A DNA stretch of 47,693 bases from an uncultured bacterium (GTDB lineage: Bacteria > Chloroflexota > Dehalococcoidia > UBA2979), in assembly GCA_964011795.1 (NCBI GenBank), contig CAXGQC010000003.1:1-47693 (forward strand), read 5' to 3'. The notes under the pieces are model-generated. The model was not told the origin of the DNA and searched no databases. It was given only the letters and a program-made list of their open reading frames with translations. Positions 10,881 to 20,480 of this stretch are shown piece by piece. Both the position numbers and the translations under genes were made by a program. Within the stretch, counting starts at the first letter, position 1, and each line of letters opens with the position of its first letter.

Positions 10881-12065
10881 ATGACATCCATACCAGAGCG
10901 CGAAGCCAAAGTGCATATGAATATGTTCCGGCGCCCACCGATGACTCTTGTTAAAGGTCAGGGTGCCCGCGTGGAGGATAGTGATGGTAAGACTTACGTT
11001 GATTGTGTAGCGGGAATTGCAGTGGATGCTCTTGGTCACGGCCACCCTGGTTTAGCAGAGGTGATCGCGGAACAGGCTAAATCGCTTATTCACGTCTCGA
11101 ACCTCTACTATACGGAGCCTCAGATCAATCTTGCTGAGATGCTCGTGAATGCCAGTGGCCTCGACAAAATGTTCTTCGTCAACTCTGGTGCAGAGGCGAA
11201 CGAGGGAGCTATAAAACTTGCCCGCAAGTGGGGTATACAAAATAGAGACGGTGCTTACACGATACTCTCCACTGAAAATAGCTTTCACGGCAGAACGATG
11301 ACGACAGTAGCCGCGACTGGTACGCCGGCTTATAGGGAGCCATTCGGTCCCCCTACTCCCGGGTTTGATTTCGTTGCCTACAACGATTTCGAGGCTTTGA
11401 AGGAAAAAGTTGATGCTCAAACAGCCGCAATTCTGTTGGAACCAATACAGGGCGAAGGCGGTGTTAATGTCCCTGATGATAGTTATCTTCAGAAAGTACG
11501 GGAGCTCTGCGACAGAGAAAATATATTACTGATACTTGATGAGGTTCAGACTGGATGTGGACGTACAGGAAAGATGTTTGCCTTTGAACACTATGGGATT
11601 AAGCCAGATATTATGACCCTTGCCAAGGGACTTGGCGGCGGCGTCCCAATCGGTGCAGTGCTCGCGAACGAAAAGGCCGCAGTTTTTCAACCAGGGGATC
11701 ATGGTTCTACATTCGGAGGAAACGTATTAGCTTGCGCTGCCTCGGCTTTCGTAGTAGATCAAATCCTAAATCAAGGCGTGCTCGAAACAGCAAATGCCCG
11801 TTCGGAATACATGGATAAGAAAATTGCCGAACTCGAAGATCGGTCAGACCTGGTAATCGGTCAGCGTGGTAAAGGTCTCCTCCGGGCAATAATTCTCAGG
11901 GATGATATAGCGGCTGACGTAGTTGGAAAGGGGATTAGCCAGGGCCTCCTGTCAAATCCCGTCCGGCCAAATGCGATACGACTTATGCCGCCCCTTACTG
12001 TTACCGAAGAAGAACTGGATGATGCATTCGGTATTATCGAAACGGTGTTGCAGGAGTTCGAATAG
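10881..12065 (+). CDS. argD: Acetylornithine aminotransferase
   Basis: NSGAEANEGAIKLARK, SFHGRT, EPIQGEGG, DEVQTG, LAKGLGGG, HGSTFGGN; arg gene context. Confidence 0.92.
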   Translation: MTSIPEREAKVHMNMFRRPPMTLVKGQGARVEDSDGKTYVDCVAGIAVDALGHGHPGLAEVIAEQAKSLIHVSNLYYTEPQINLAEMLVNASGLDKMFFVNSGAEANEGAIKLARKWGIQNRDGAYTILSTENSFHGRTMTTVAATGTPAYREPFGPPTPGFDFVAYNDFEALKEKVDAQTAAILLEPIQGEGGVNVPDDSYLQKVRELCDRENILLILDEVQTGCGRTGKMFAFEHYGIKPDIMTLAKGLGGGVPIGAVLANEKAAVFQPGDHGSTFGGNVLACAASAFVVDQILNQGVLETANARSEYMDKKIAELEDRSDLVIGQRGKGLLRAIILRDDIAADVVGKGISQGLLSNPVRPNAIRLMPPLTVTEEELDDAFGIIETVLQEFE

Positions 12066-12070
12066 TCAAT

Positions 12071-14617
12071 TTAATGGACTTCACCCAGCACCAAATTACC
12101 ACTTTGGATATTAGGCACCTTATATCGTAGTAATCTGTGTTTCGGATCCTTCAACCCCGGATCCTCTGCAAGCATAGTCTCTGCATCTTCTTTTGCGGCA
12201 GATATGAGGTCGATATCCAGCAGTGCTGCGGCAAAAAGGTTTGTAGCCCCTTCACCGCTCTGCTCAGTTCCAAATAATTCACCCGGTCCTCGATACTCGA
12301 GATCCGCTTCAGCAATCTTGAATCCGTCAGTATTAGCCTCGAGTGTTAGCAATCTTTGTTCGGCTTCCGGAGTAGGTTGATCAGCAGCCAAATAGCAGTA
12401 CGCTGCAGCTGTGCCCCTACCCACGCGTCCACGGAATTGATGAAGTTGTGACAATCCAAACCTGTCAGCATCTTCGATCAGCATCACAGTTGCATTCGGG
12501 ACGTCTATCCCGACCTCAACAACCGACGTCGCAACCATGATCATAAATTCACCATTAGAAAATCGGCGCATCGCAGACTCTTTTTCTGCCGCGGGCATTC
12601 GGCCATGCACTAACGTCATTTTGTCGGCATACTCGCCGAATTCTTCGGTCTGCAATCTTGTAAACTCCTCAGTAGCAGAGCGGGCTTCCACCACATCGGA
12701 TCCCTCAACCAACGAGCATATTATGAACACTTGATGACCGTTTTCAACTTCCTCTCGGATCCTGCCATAGGCTTCAACACGCTCCATCCCACGAACGAAT
12801 TTAGTTGTGACTGGACTTCTCCCGGCAGGCAATTCATCCAAACGGCTAAATGCTAAATCGCCACGGGAGGCAAGCCTTAACGTACGCGGGATAGGAGTCG
12901 CCGACATAACTAGTAAATGTGGAGTAGCAGGATCAGTTGAGTCGTTAACAATTTCACCTTTTTTTCTCAATGCAGCTCTTTGCAGGACACCAAATCTATG
13001 TTGCTCATCAATAACTGCTAGGCCTAGCTTCGAGTACTCCACCCCTTCCTGGATCAATGCATGAGTTCCTACCGCCAGATCAGCCGCTCCATGGCGAAGA
13101 GCATCAAGTGCTGAATTTCGTTCTTTCCCTTTTGTTGAACCGGTCAGTAAGACCATACGTACATTCCGATCGAACCCTGGCGTTTGTACCATGCCTGCCA
13201 AAACTTCAGATTCGTCATCGGACCGACTCATCAGTTTGAGAAGAGTTCTATAGTGTTGCTCAGCTAGCACCTCAGTCGGTGCCATCAATACTGCCTGGAA
13301 TCCGTTCGCCACAGCCGAAAGCATTGCTGACAACGCCACCACCGTTTTCCCAGAACCAACATCACCCTCTAGCAGTCTTGCCATTGGGGCTGAGGCCGAG
13401 ATATCTTCCTGTATCTCTGATAAGGCCCGACTCTGAGCCGTGGTTAATGTAAAGGGTAATTCATTCATAAAGGCCTCTGCTGGTGAATGATCCACAAAGG
13501 GGTGCCCGTTCCCTTGTACCCACTGGTTCCTACGGTCGATTGCCTGCAGTTGGTTAACAAGGAGCTGGTCGAAACTTATCCGACGTTGAGCAAGCATGAG
13601 CATCTCTTCTGAAGGAGGAAGATGCCAATTCAAAATAGCCTCCTGAAGCGGCATCAAATCTCGTCCCTTCCGAATTTTTTCCGGAAGAGGATCATCTACT
13701 CTGTTCAAAAATTTTTCCAGAATACGCGACAGTGCGCCTCTGACCTTTTGTTGTGAGATACCTTCAGTGAGTCCGTATACTGGAGCATATCTGCCAGCTA
13801 TACGACCCTGAGCTTCGTCTGCATCCAATTTTTCAATTTCAGGTGCTTGAAATTCTAAGGAACGCCCTTTGAGCTTAACTCTTCCGGCTAAAGCAACATC
13901 GGCACCAGTAGGCATCCTTTGTGCAATCTGTGACTGATTTCGGAACAAATTAAACCAAATTGCTTTTACAGGCCTCCCCTCAACATCATTCAATACGGCC
14001 TCAGCGAAAAACAGACCTCTCTTTGTTTTTCGTACATAAGTTCGTCTTACTGTCCCTCTAAAGGTTTGCGTAGAATCAGGAATCAACTCAGTAGCTTTTG
14101 TGACCACAGTGGAATAGTCATTGTGTGCCCTTGGAAAGTAGTACAAGGCATCTCGTATGGTATGAATCTCTTTTGAATCCGCAAGTTTTTTGAGGTCGGT
14201 TTTCGTTAGTCCCGATCCAGCCACACTTAACGACATATCAAGTCCAAGATCGCCTGGTGGTATGTTTTTCTTGACAGATGTTCGTTCAGACCGTGATTTC
14301 GAACCGCGAGTCCCGGCAGCCCGTTTCTTAGCTGTTCCGGAGGTACTGGACTTTGGAACAACGCTTACTTCTTCTTGTAGTTCAGATTCTATAGTCGCCA
14401 AAGCACGCTTCAGCCAAAGTTTGCGGTCGCTAATTCCCCATCCTGCGTAGCCTGAGGATGGAAGATTCCGATAGATCTTCCGAATGACTGACTCTCGAGG
14501 CTCGCCGCGAATGGAAGCGCGCATTATTGCGTCAATACCACCAGCCAGATCGTTGGTGGCACCAGATTCTCCTTCGTTCTGAAGGACTGACCATAACCAA
14601 TTCAAATCCGTTGACAC
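12071..14617 (-). CDS. recG: ATP-dependent DNA helicase RecG
   Basis: RLLEGDVGSGKT, MAPTEVLAEQH, DEQHRFGV, MSATPIPRT, QLHQFRGRVGRG, RGPGELFG. Confidence 0.97.
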   Translation of the reverse strand: MSTDLNWLWSVLQNEGESGATNDLAGGIDAIMRASIRGEPRESVIRKIYRNLPSSGYAGWGISDRKLWLKRALATIESELQEEVSVVPKSSTSGTAKKRAAGTRGSKSRSERTSVKKNIPPGDLGLDMSLSVAGSGLTKTDLKKLADSKEIHTIRDALYYFPRAHNDYSTVVTKATELIPDSTQTFRGTVRRTYVRKTKRGLFFAEAVLNDVEGRPVKAIWFNLFRNQSQIAQRMPTGADVALAGRVKLKGRSLEFQAPEIEKLDADEAQGRIAGRYAPVYGLTEGISQQKVRGALSRILEKFLNRVDDPLPEKIRKGRDLMPLQEAILNWHLPPSEEMLMLAQRRISFDQLLVNQLQAIDRRNQWVQGNGHPFVDHSPAEAFMNELPFTLTTAQSRALSEIQEDISASAPMARLLEGDVGSGKTVVALSAMLSAVANGFQAVLMAPTEVLAEQHYRTLLKLMSRSDDESEVLAGMVQTPGFDRNVRMVLLTGSTKGKERNSALDALRHGAADLAVGTHALIQEGVEYSKLGLAVIDEQHRFGVLQRAALRKKGEIVNDSTDPATPHLLVMSATPIPRTLRLASRGDLAFSRLDELPAGRSPVTTKFVRGMERVEAYGRIREEVENGHQVFIICSLVEGSDVVEARSATEEFTRLQTEEFGEYADKMTLVHGRMPAAEKESAMRRFSNGEFMIMVATSVVEVGIDVPNATVMLIEDADRFGLSQLHQFRGRVGRGTAAAYCYLAADQPTPEAEQRLLTLEANTDGFKIAEADLEYRGPGELFGTEQSGEGATNLFAAALLDIDLISAAKEDAETMLAEDPGLKDPKHRLLRYKVPNIQSGNLVLGEVH

Positions 14618-14628
14618 GGATCATTTCC

Positions 14629-15468
14629 TCACTCTTTAGCCGGCACCCAGTGCAGACCAACAGTGCCAGGACCGAGGTGAACGCCAAGTACAGGCGTAAC
14701 TTCGTAAATAGGGACATCCGCTATATGGGGCTGTAGAAGTGACTGCACCGCTTGGGCACTTTCAAGTCCTTCCCCGTGCACGATTGCCGCCCATTCCAGC
14801 TTCTGCTCTGATGCCATGTTCACCATAGTCTCAAGAGCCTTCTTTAGTGTTCGAACACGTGTAGCTATAGTCACATACGGCGGCTCGTCGCCAATCCCAA
14901 GAATTGGTTTCACCCGAAGCATTGACCCCAGCACGTACTGACTCTGAGACAGTCGCCCGCCTTTTTTCAGATATTCCAAAGTATCAGCAATGACCAGTGA
15001 TTGAGACCTCTCGGCAATATCCTCTGCTACGGCCTTGGCCTCGTCCAGACCACCACCATTTTTGGCAATCTCAGCTGCTCGCACCGCTGGGATACCCTGC
15101 GCAAAGGAAGTCCTGCGAGTGTCCACGGTATCAATTCGAGCACCACTGACGAGTTCAATAGCCTGCTTCGCGGAATCAAGTGTGCCTGACAAATTGCCAT
15201 GAATTGACACAAATAGTATCTCATCGGCGCCATCGTCGATTAACGCCTGATACGCCTCAGCAAATTCCCCCGGAGAGGGTTGAGACGTGGTTGGGTGTAC
15301 CGACGAAGATGCGAGGCGGTCAAAAAATTCACCCCCTGTTATATCTCTCCGATCCTTCAGTTGTTCATCACCAAAATGAATATTTAGTGGGATTAGTCCG
15401 ATGCCAAGTTCATCCGCCATTGAATCGGGAATATCACTTGCCGTATCTGTAAGTATCCTCAGTGTCAC
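14629..15468 (-). CDS. DegV family fatty-acid binding protein (FakB-like)
   Basis: ILTDTASD, PTTSQPSPG, LSGT, YLKKGGR, HLGPG; adjacent to DAK2 gene. Confidence 0.93.
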   Translation of the reverse strand: MTLRILTDTASDIPDSMADELGIGLIPLNIHFGDEQLKDRRDITGGEFFDRLASSSVHPTTSQPSPGEFAEAYQALIDDGADEILFVSIHGNLSGTLDSAKQAIELVSGARIDTVDTRRTSFAQGIPAVRAAEIAKNGGGLDEAKAVAEDIAERSQSLVIADTLEYLKKGGRLSQSQYVLGSMLRVKPILGIGDEPPYVTIATRVRTLKKALETMVNMASEQKLEWAAIVHGEGLESAQAVQSLLQPHIADVPIYEVTPVLGVHLGPGTVGLHWVPAKE

Positions 15469-15504
15469 GGTGTTCTCCTTTGACGTATTCTACCCAACTT
15501 ATAT

Positions 15505-17115
15505 TTATTCAAGACTTGCCACGAACGGATATAGAGGCTGGCCACCATCCACTATATCTAATTCCACGCCAGAAAAGTTGTCCTGTATCTCCGAAGTGAG
15601 TCTTTCGATATCGGCATCGGACACATCTTCACCTGTATACACCGTCAGGATTTCTGCGTCTTGAGCGTCACCAATCTCGAGGGTCTTCACAAAGGTGGTT
15701 ATTAAATCAGGTGCTGACGCCACCAACACTCCGTCCAGTAAGCCAATCCCTTCGCCTTCCTGAATTTCAATTCCATTCACTGAGGTAGTGCGGACAGAAG
15801 TGGATATCTCTACTGACCGTATCTCTTCAGCTGATTCCGTCATGCCTGCGACAATTTCATCGATGTCACCCTCAGGCAAATATGCGAGTGCAGCTGCCAT
15901 TCCCTGTACCACCGAGGTGGTTGGGATCACATGGAGAAACCCATTTTCATTTGATGCAGCCTGCTCGGCAGCAAGAATTACGTCCTTATCATTTGGCAGC
16001 AGGATGACATGTTCTTGACCAACCCCTGATGCGGCTTCCAACAGTTCGCCAGCCGAAGCCTTACCGGTTGGGCCACCATCCAGAACGACCCCGGCACCAA
16101 GATCACGGAAATTCGAAACAATTCCAGCTCCTCGAGCAACAGAGACCAAACCAATCGTCGGAATGACCGCGGGCGGTGTATTTACTCCGGAATCACTACG
16201 ATCTCCCGCCCATTCTTCGTGCTGGAGCTGCATATTATCTATCTTTATCGAGGTGGTTTCTCCATGACTCACTGCTGCTGTTAGCGCCGGGCCCGGATCC
16301 TCCATATGCACATGGACTCTAATCGCACCTGGTTCGCCAACAACCAAGATCGACTCACCGCCTAGATCAAGCAATTGTTCTTCAAGCACACTCAGTTCGA
16401 TGTCCGCAAGAACAACAAATTCGGTACAGTATCCATATCCCTCATGTTCGACACCTGTCATCTCAACTATTACGTCGTCACCAACAACTGGAGAGTCCGG
16501 CATATTTTGTCCTAGGAGAGAAAACTTCATACCTTGGAGAATTATGGCGACCCCCATACCGCCCGAATCGACAACTCCCGCCTCAGCCAGCTTCGGAAGC
16601 AACTGAGGAGTTCTTTCAACTGACGCGAAGGCCTCAGCAACCAAATCTTCCAACAGGACAATTTTTTCCGATGCTGAAATACCTTTATTTGCTGCTTCTC
16701 GCATCACCGTCAGCATCGTCCCTTCGACTGGTTCGGTTATCGCTCTATAGCTATTATCAGAGGCGTTTTGAAACCCAGCTGCCAACTCTTCTACGGAAAT
16801 CGATTCACCTGCTGACTCAAGTGCCGAAGCGAGTCCGCCGATCATCTGTGACAAAATTACTCCAGAATTTCCACGTGCACCCAATAACGCGCCTCTCGAG
16901 AGTTTCGCAAGCATCTCACCTACTGACTCAGGTGGAGGCTCACCAACTGCGTCGAGAGCTTGTCGCCAGGTAAGCAACATATTTGTGCCAGTATCGCCAT
17001 CAGGAACCGGGTATACATTAATCGCATTAATGCCATCACGGTTTAACCCCAGCCATTGCTCTGCCAAATTTAATGACTGCCAGAGTTCTGCCGTGCTGAT
17101 AGATTCGTCGCTCAA
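15505..17115 (-). CDS. DAK2-domain fatty acid kinase subunit A (FakA/YloV-like)
   Basis: INVYPVPDGDTGTNM, GARGNSGVILSQ, GVVDSGG, YGYCTEF, GGQPLY. Start placed at TTG 17115 after GAAGGA. Confidence 0.93.
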   Translation of the reverse strand: MSDESISTAELWQSLNLAEQWLGLNRDGINAINVYPVPDGDTGTNMLLTWRQALDAVGEPPPESVGEMLAKLSRGALLGARGNSGVILSQMIGGLASALESAGESISVEELAAGFQNASDNSYRAITEPVEGTMLTVMREAANKGISASEKIVLLEDLVAEAFASVERTPQLLPKLAEAGVVDSGGMGVAIILQGMKFSLLGQNMPDSPVVGDDVIVEMTGVEHEGYGYCTEFVVLADIELSVLEEQLLDLGGESILVVGEPGAIRVHVHMEDPGPALTAAVSHGETTSIKIDNMQLQHEEWAGDRSDSGVNTPPAVIPTIGLVSVARGAGIVSNFRDLGAGVVLDGGPTGKASAGELLEAASGVGQEHVILLPNDKDVILAAEQAASNENGFLHVIPTTSVVQGMAAALAYLPEGDIDEIVAGMTESAEEIRSVEISTSVRTTSVNGIEIQEGEGIGLLDGVLVASAPDLITTFVKTLEIGDAQDAEILTVYTGEDVSDADIERLTSEIQDNFSGVELDIVDGGQPLYPFVASLE

Positions 17116-17205
17116 CGAACAGTCCTTCCATTCGACCGTTACGGGGTAACATAGGTAGTATATAGATCCCAACGAACATAATTCTATGAAAACTAGGACA
17201 ATTTT

Positions 17206-17457
17206 ATGGCTTCAGGAAAGTGTGATATCTGCCCCAAGAAAACCGTATTTGGTAGATCCATACGGTATAAGCATGGCGGAAACTGGGAACGCAAAGCCCA
17301 GAAGAGAAATCGCATGTTTAAACCAAATGTTCATAAGAAAAGAATATTCGTCGAAGGACGATGGCAAAGGCTTAATGTTTGCACCCAATGCTTGCGGACA
17401 GAGGCTAAACACCAGCAGCAAAGAGGTGTTAGTTACTCAACCTCTGCTAGCAACTAG
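17206..17457 (+). CDS. rpmB: 50S ribosomal protein L28, Zn-binding (C+) type
   Basis: KCDICPK..FG..., RMFKPNVHK, VCTQCLR; conserved divergent position next to the DAK2 gene. Confidence 0.9.
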   Translation: MASGKCDICPKKTVFGRSIRYKHGGNWERKAQKRNRMFKPNVHKKRIFVEGRWQRLNVCTQCLRTEAKHQQQRGVSYSTSASN

Positions 17458-17464
17458 ATAGAAT

Positions 17465-17695
17465 TCATTCCCTGTACAGTTTTACAATTCGTACTTGATC
17501 AGGAGCCGCATCAGTACAAATGTCGCACAATGTGCACTCGTCGAGGTTCTCTGCAACAGTCGTCAACTGATCGTCCTCCCCTAACGCGAAAATATCTACC
17601 GGGCACGATTCGACCAGAAGTTTGCATAGCTCCGAGTCTTGATTGATTGACTTTTCGATATCAACTCGGATGAACATCCCATTATTTTCTGACAT
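17465..17695 (-). CDS. Small 4Fe-4S ferredoxin
   Basis: SCPVDIF plus CTLCDIC; ATG 17695 after GAGG. Confidence 0.8.
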   Translation of the reverse strand: MSENNGMFIRVDIEKSINQDSELCKLLVESCPVDIFALGEDDQLTTVAENLDECTLCDICTDAAPDQVRIVKLYRE

Positions 17696-17708
17696 AAGCC
17701 TCAGTCCA

Positions 17709-18608
17709 CTAATTTCCAAGTAATTCCTTCAATAGCGTCGGTATTTCCCCTACCCGTTCAGCGACAGTTATCCCTGCTTCCCTCAGATTTTCAATCTTTG
17801 AGGCAGCTGTGTCTGCTTTCCCTTCAACAATTGTACCGGCGTGTCCAAACCGCATGCCTGGCATTTCATCAATAAATCGACCGGCCATAAACGCGACAAT
17901 TGGTTTCTTTGAACCTGACTGATCCATGTATTCTGCTAGCTCGTATTCTGCTCGACCTCCCGGCTCTGAGTAGATAGCAATTGCCTCAGTTTCAGAGTCA
18001 GCATCGAAAAGTGGCATCAGTTCTGCATAGGACGAGCCAATAATCGGGTCCCCACCAATACTCACAGCAGTGGAGATCCCAAGACCGGCCTCTGATAACG
18101 AGTTGGCGATTTCCACTGTCATACCACCTGACCGTGACATCACGCCGATTTTCCCCGGCGCAAATGCACGCTTGCAAGATTCGGCCTGTCCACCGAGACC
18201 GCCGACTCTCGATTTGCCTGGCGAAATAATTCCCAAACAGTTTGGGCCAATCACCCGAGTCCCGTGTCGTTGTGCCACTTCCATAACCTGCGCTACTTGT
18301 TTACGAGGAATACGCTCAGTCACAATAACCACGAGAGGAACTCCGGCTTCAATTGCCTCTAATGCGGCGTCTGCAGCAAATGCTGGCGGCACCGACACAA
18401 CAGCTGCATCAACACGCTCTCTATCTGTAAATGCGAGCACTGTGTCCTCTACCGGAAGACCATGGACCTGCCGACCACTTCGTCCCGGTGTCACTCCGCC
18501 AATTACCTTCGCACCATAGTCGAGACATTCTCGAGTCATTGTCACGGCTTCACGACCGGTGATTCCCTGGATAATAAAAGTTGTATGTTCGTCAATCAGG
18601 ATAGACAT
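17709..18608 (-). CDS. sucD: Succinyl-CoA-ligase alpha-subunit family protein (CoA-binding); no adjacent beta subunit
   Basis: QGITGRE, GGVTPG, IGPNCLG, SRSGG, IGGDP, FGHAG with phospho-His. Substrate uncertain. Confidence 0.8.
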   Translation of the reverse strand: MSILIDEHTTFIIQGITGREAVTMTRECLDYGAKVIGGVTPGRSGRQVHGLPVEDTVLAFTDRERVDAAVVSVPPAFAADAALEAIEAGVPLVVIVTERIPRKQVAQVMEVAQRHGTRVIGPNCLGIISPGKSRVGGLGGQAESCKRAFAPGKIGVMSRSGGMTVEIANSLSEAGLGISTAVSIGGDPIIGSSYAELMPLFDADSETEAIAIYSEPGGRAEYELAEYMDQSGSKKPIVAFMAGRFIDEMPGMRFGHAGTIVEGKADTAASKIENLREAGITVAERVGEIPTLLKELLGN

Positions 18609-18670
18609 AATCCCCCCAATTCCCTGAGATTAATGGCTAATCTCTCTAGTTGCGAGGCCCTCGCAAATGG

Positions 18671-19084
18671 TTAGTTTGAGTACACTTGTGCCTCAGCGGT
18701 AAGAAATGAAGAACGTAATTTCGCACCCCAGCGCCCGTCCACTTTCGTGAAGACCCACAGAGTGTCAAAGCCATTGTATTCAGTCCCGTCTTTTTTTCTG
18801 CGGGACTGATGCAACACCAGATGAACTTTATTTGCGCTACTTTGCACGGCTTCCATCGAGACTAAAAATGTATGATCCCAGCCCTCATCCACAAGTCGCT
18901 CATCGATTGCTCGCTGGCCCGCTGCATATTCCTCGGCAGTCGACCACGAATCAAATTTAGTCGCTACAAGCCTATGATGAGGGAAATGCATCTCTGCGAC
19001 CATTCCTTGATCATCCCGAGCGTTAAAAGCTGCTAGCCATCTCTCAAATGTATCTTTCGCCTCTTGAATCGCTTCTTCACTCAT
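18671..19084 (-). CDS. SnoaL/NTF2-like hypothetical protein
   Basis: WLAAFNARD, HFPH, KVHLV, LWVFTKVDGRWG pattern; SD AAGGAG. Confidence 0.7.
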   Translation of the reverse strand: MSEEAIQEAKDTFERWLAAFNARDDQGMVAEMHFPHHRLVATKFDSWSTAEEYAAGQRAIDERLVDEGWDHTFLVSMEAVQSSANKVHLVLHQSRRKKDGTEYNGFDTLWVFTKVDGRWGAKLRSSFLTAEAQVYSN

Positions 19085-19149
19085 AATGCATACACTCCTT
19101 TCTCGCAGCCCAGTACCTTTCGGAATTCGATAATTTACAAGTAACTCAG

Positions 19150-20331
19150 CTATATCAAAGCATATTGATTGTTTAGCTCATTTAAACTCTCAGGATTTAA
19201 TTCTTTCCCGGCAAATCCTGCGAAATCCTGCGGGTATCGATATGCTCGAAATAAAAATGCCATTGATTCTCCATCGTTGGCAGAACTGTTAAAAACAGGA
19301 TTCCACCACTCCCATACTGGTTCGCCGCCAGCTGTAATCTCCAATACTCTGCCCGATGTTCCTTCAGTGATTAAACAATTACTGTTAGGTAGTCGAACGG
19401 CCCCTGAAATATGTCCACTGAAAAACTGTGCCCGTGGATTTCCCTGATAGCTCCATACCACTTCATTTGATTCGGGATTAACCTCAATCACTCTCGAATA
19501 TGACATCCCTTGTTTTCTATGCATCCCATTATCAAAGATCTGGACGTTTCCGTTGCTGAGCCAGCTTGCATGGTGCTGATGGGCGGTGTCGGGTGCGCCG
19601 TATGACCATTTCATCGAACCGGAATTGTCGATAATCGCAACTCGACTATTATTTCTGCAAGAAACCAGTATCTCGCCAGCTTCATTCACATCCACACTAT
19701 TCATATGCGTCCATTCAGCCCTAGCTTCTAGAGGACAAATGGGATCGTTCTCAGGACTGAAAAGCTTCCACGTTTCCACTCGTCTGATTTCCTTGCCTGC
19801 CGAATCTATCTCCACGACGTCATCACCAAGCATCGGTGGAGTTGGCCCTGTCGAGTCAGAAGATCCACCAGCAACGGAATCAGATAGCTCCTGAGATAAC
19901 TCTTTCCAGACTGGGAATACTACATTCCCGTTTGCTAGGCGCTTAAAGTCATGGTGAAAAGCGACCTCTTCATGACTCCACACAATCTTTCCATCCCAGT
20001 CAACTTCGCAAAGCATGGAACAATTCCCGCCGATTCTACGGATCCGTTGTTCAAATGGTTCATTTGATTCGCCTGTCGCCGGGTCGAAATGTGGAGCTTC
20101 ACTCGGAACAAGTCGTTCATCGACTCCGATCGCGAGCAAATTACCGCTATCCAATAGTTCCACTTTGCGAATGAGCAAATGCTCAAAACGCCAGTGATGA
20201 ACAAATTGTCCGTTCATATCAACCAGAAAGACAGATTTCCCACTGTGCGGGCTTACTAGTGTGTACCCAACAAAACTAAGTTGAGGTCGATGAAATGTAA
20301 GACCATACTTCTGTGCCACTGACCAACCCAT
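19150..20331 (-). CDS. Arylsulfotransferase (ASST)-like beta-propeller protein, apparently cytoplasmic
   Basis: FHHDF, WTHMNSV, HQHHA, FDNG, SRVIE, SGAVRLPNSN, FRAYRY. ATG 20331 after GAAGGAGG; no signal peptide. Confidence 0.82.
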   Translation of the reverse strand: MGWSVAQKYGLTFHRPQLSFVGYTLVSPHSGKSVFLVDMNGQFVHHWRFEHLLIRKVELLDSGNLLAIGVDERLVPSEAPHFDPATGESNEPFEQRIRRIGGNCSMLCEVDWDGKIVWSHEEVAFHHDFKRLANGNVVFPVWKELSQELSDSVAGGSSDSTGPTPPMLGDDVVEIDSAGKEIRRVETWKLFSPENDPICPLEARAEWTHMNSVDVNEAGEILVSCRNNSRVAIIDNSGSMKWSYGAPDTAHQHHASWLSNGNVQIFDNGMHRKQGMSYSRVIEVNPESNEVVWSYQGNPRAQFFSGHISGAVRLPNSNCLITEGTSGRVLEITAGGEPVWEWWNPVFNSSANDGESMAFLFRAYRYPQDFAGFAGKELNPESLNELNNQYALI

Positions 20332-20480
20332 TGATTCCTCCTTCAGGTAACGTACTGACCGGTTCGAGACTAGTGTAGACGCAACAATCGTAGAGTGATG
20401 TGAATAGCGAATCACTCTACAATTTGACTACCTAACACCTTGGGCACTAAAAAGTTTACCCACGCTTGAGAGGGGCAACC

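Noticed and set aside
17186-17461. 91-aa ORF overlapping rpmB in another frame
   Set aside because: The L28 frame (17206-17457) has the recognisable motifs; this one has none.
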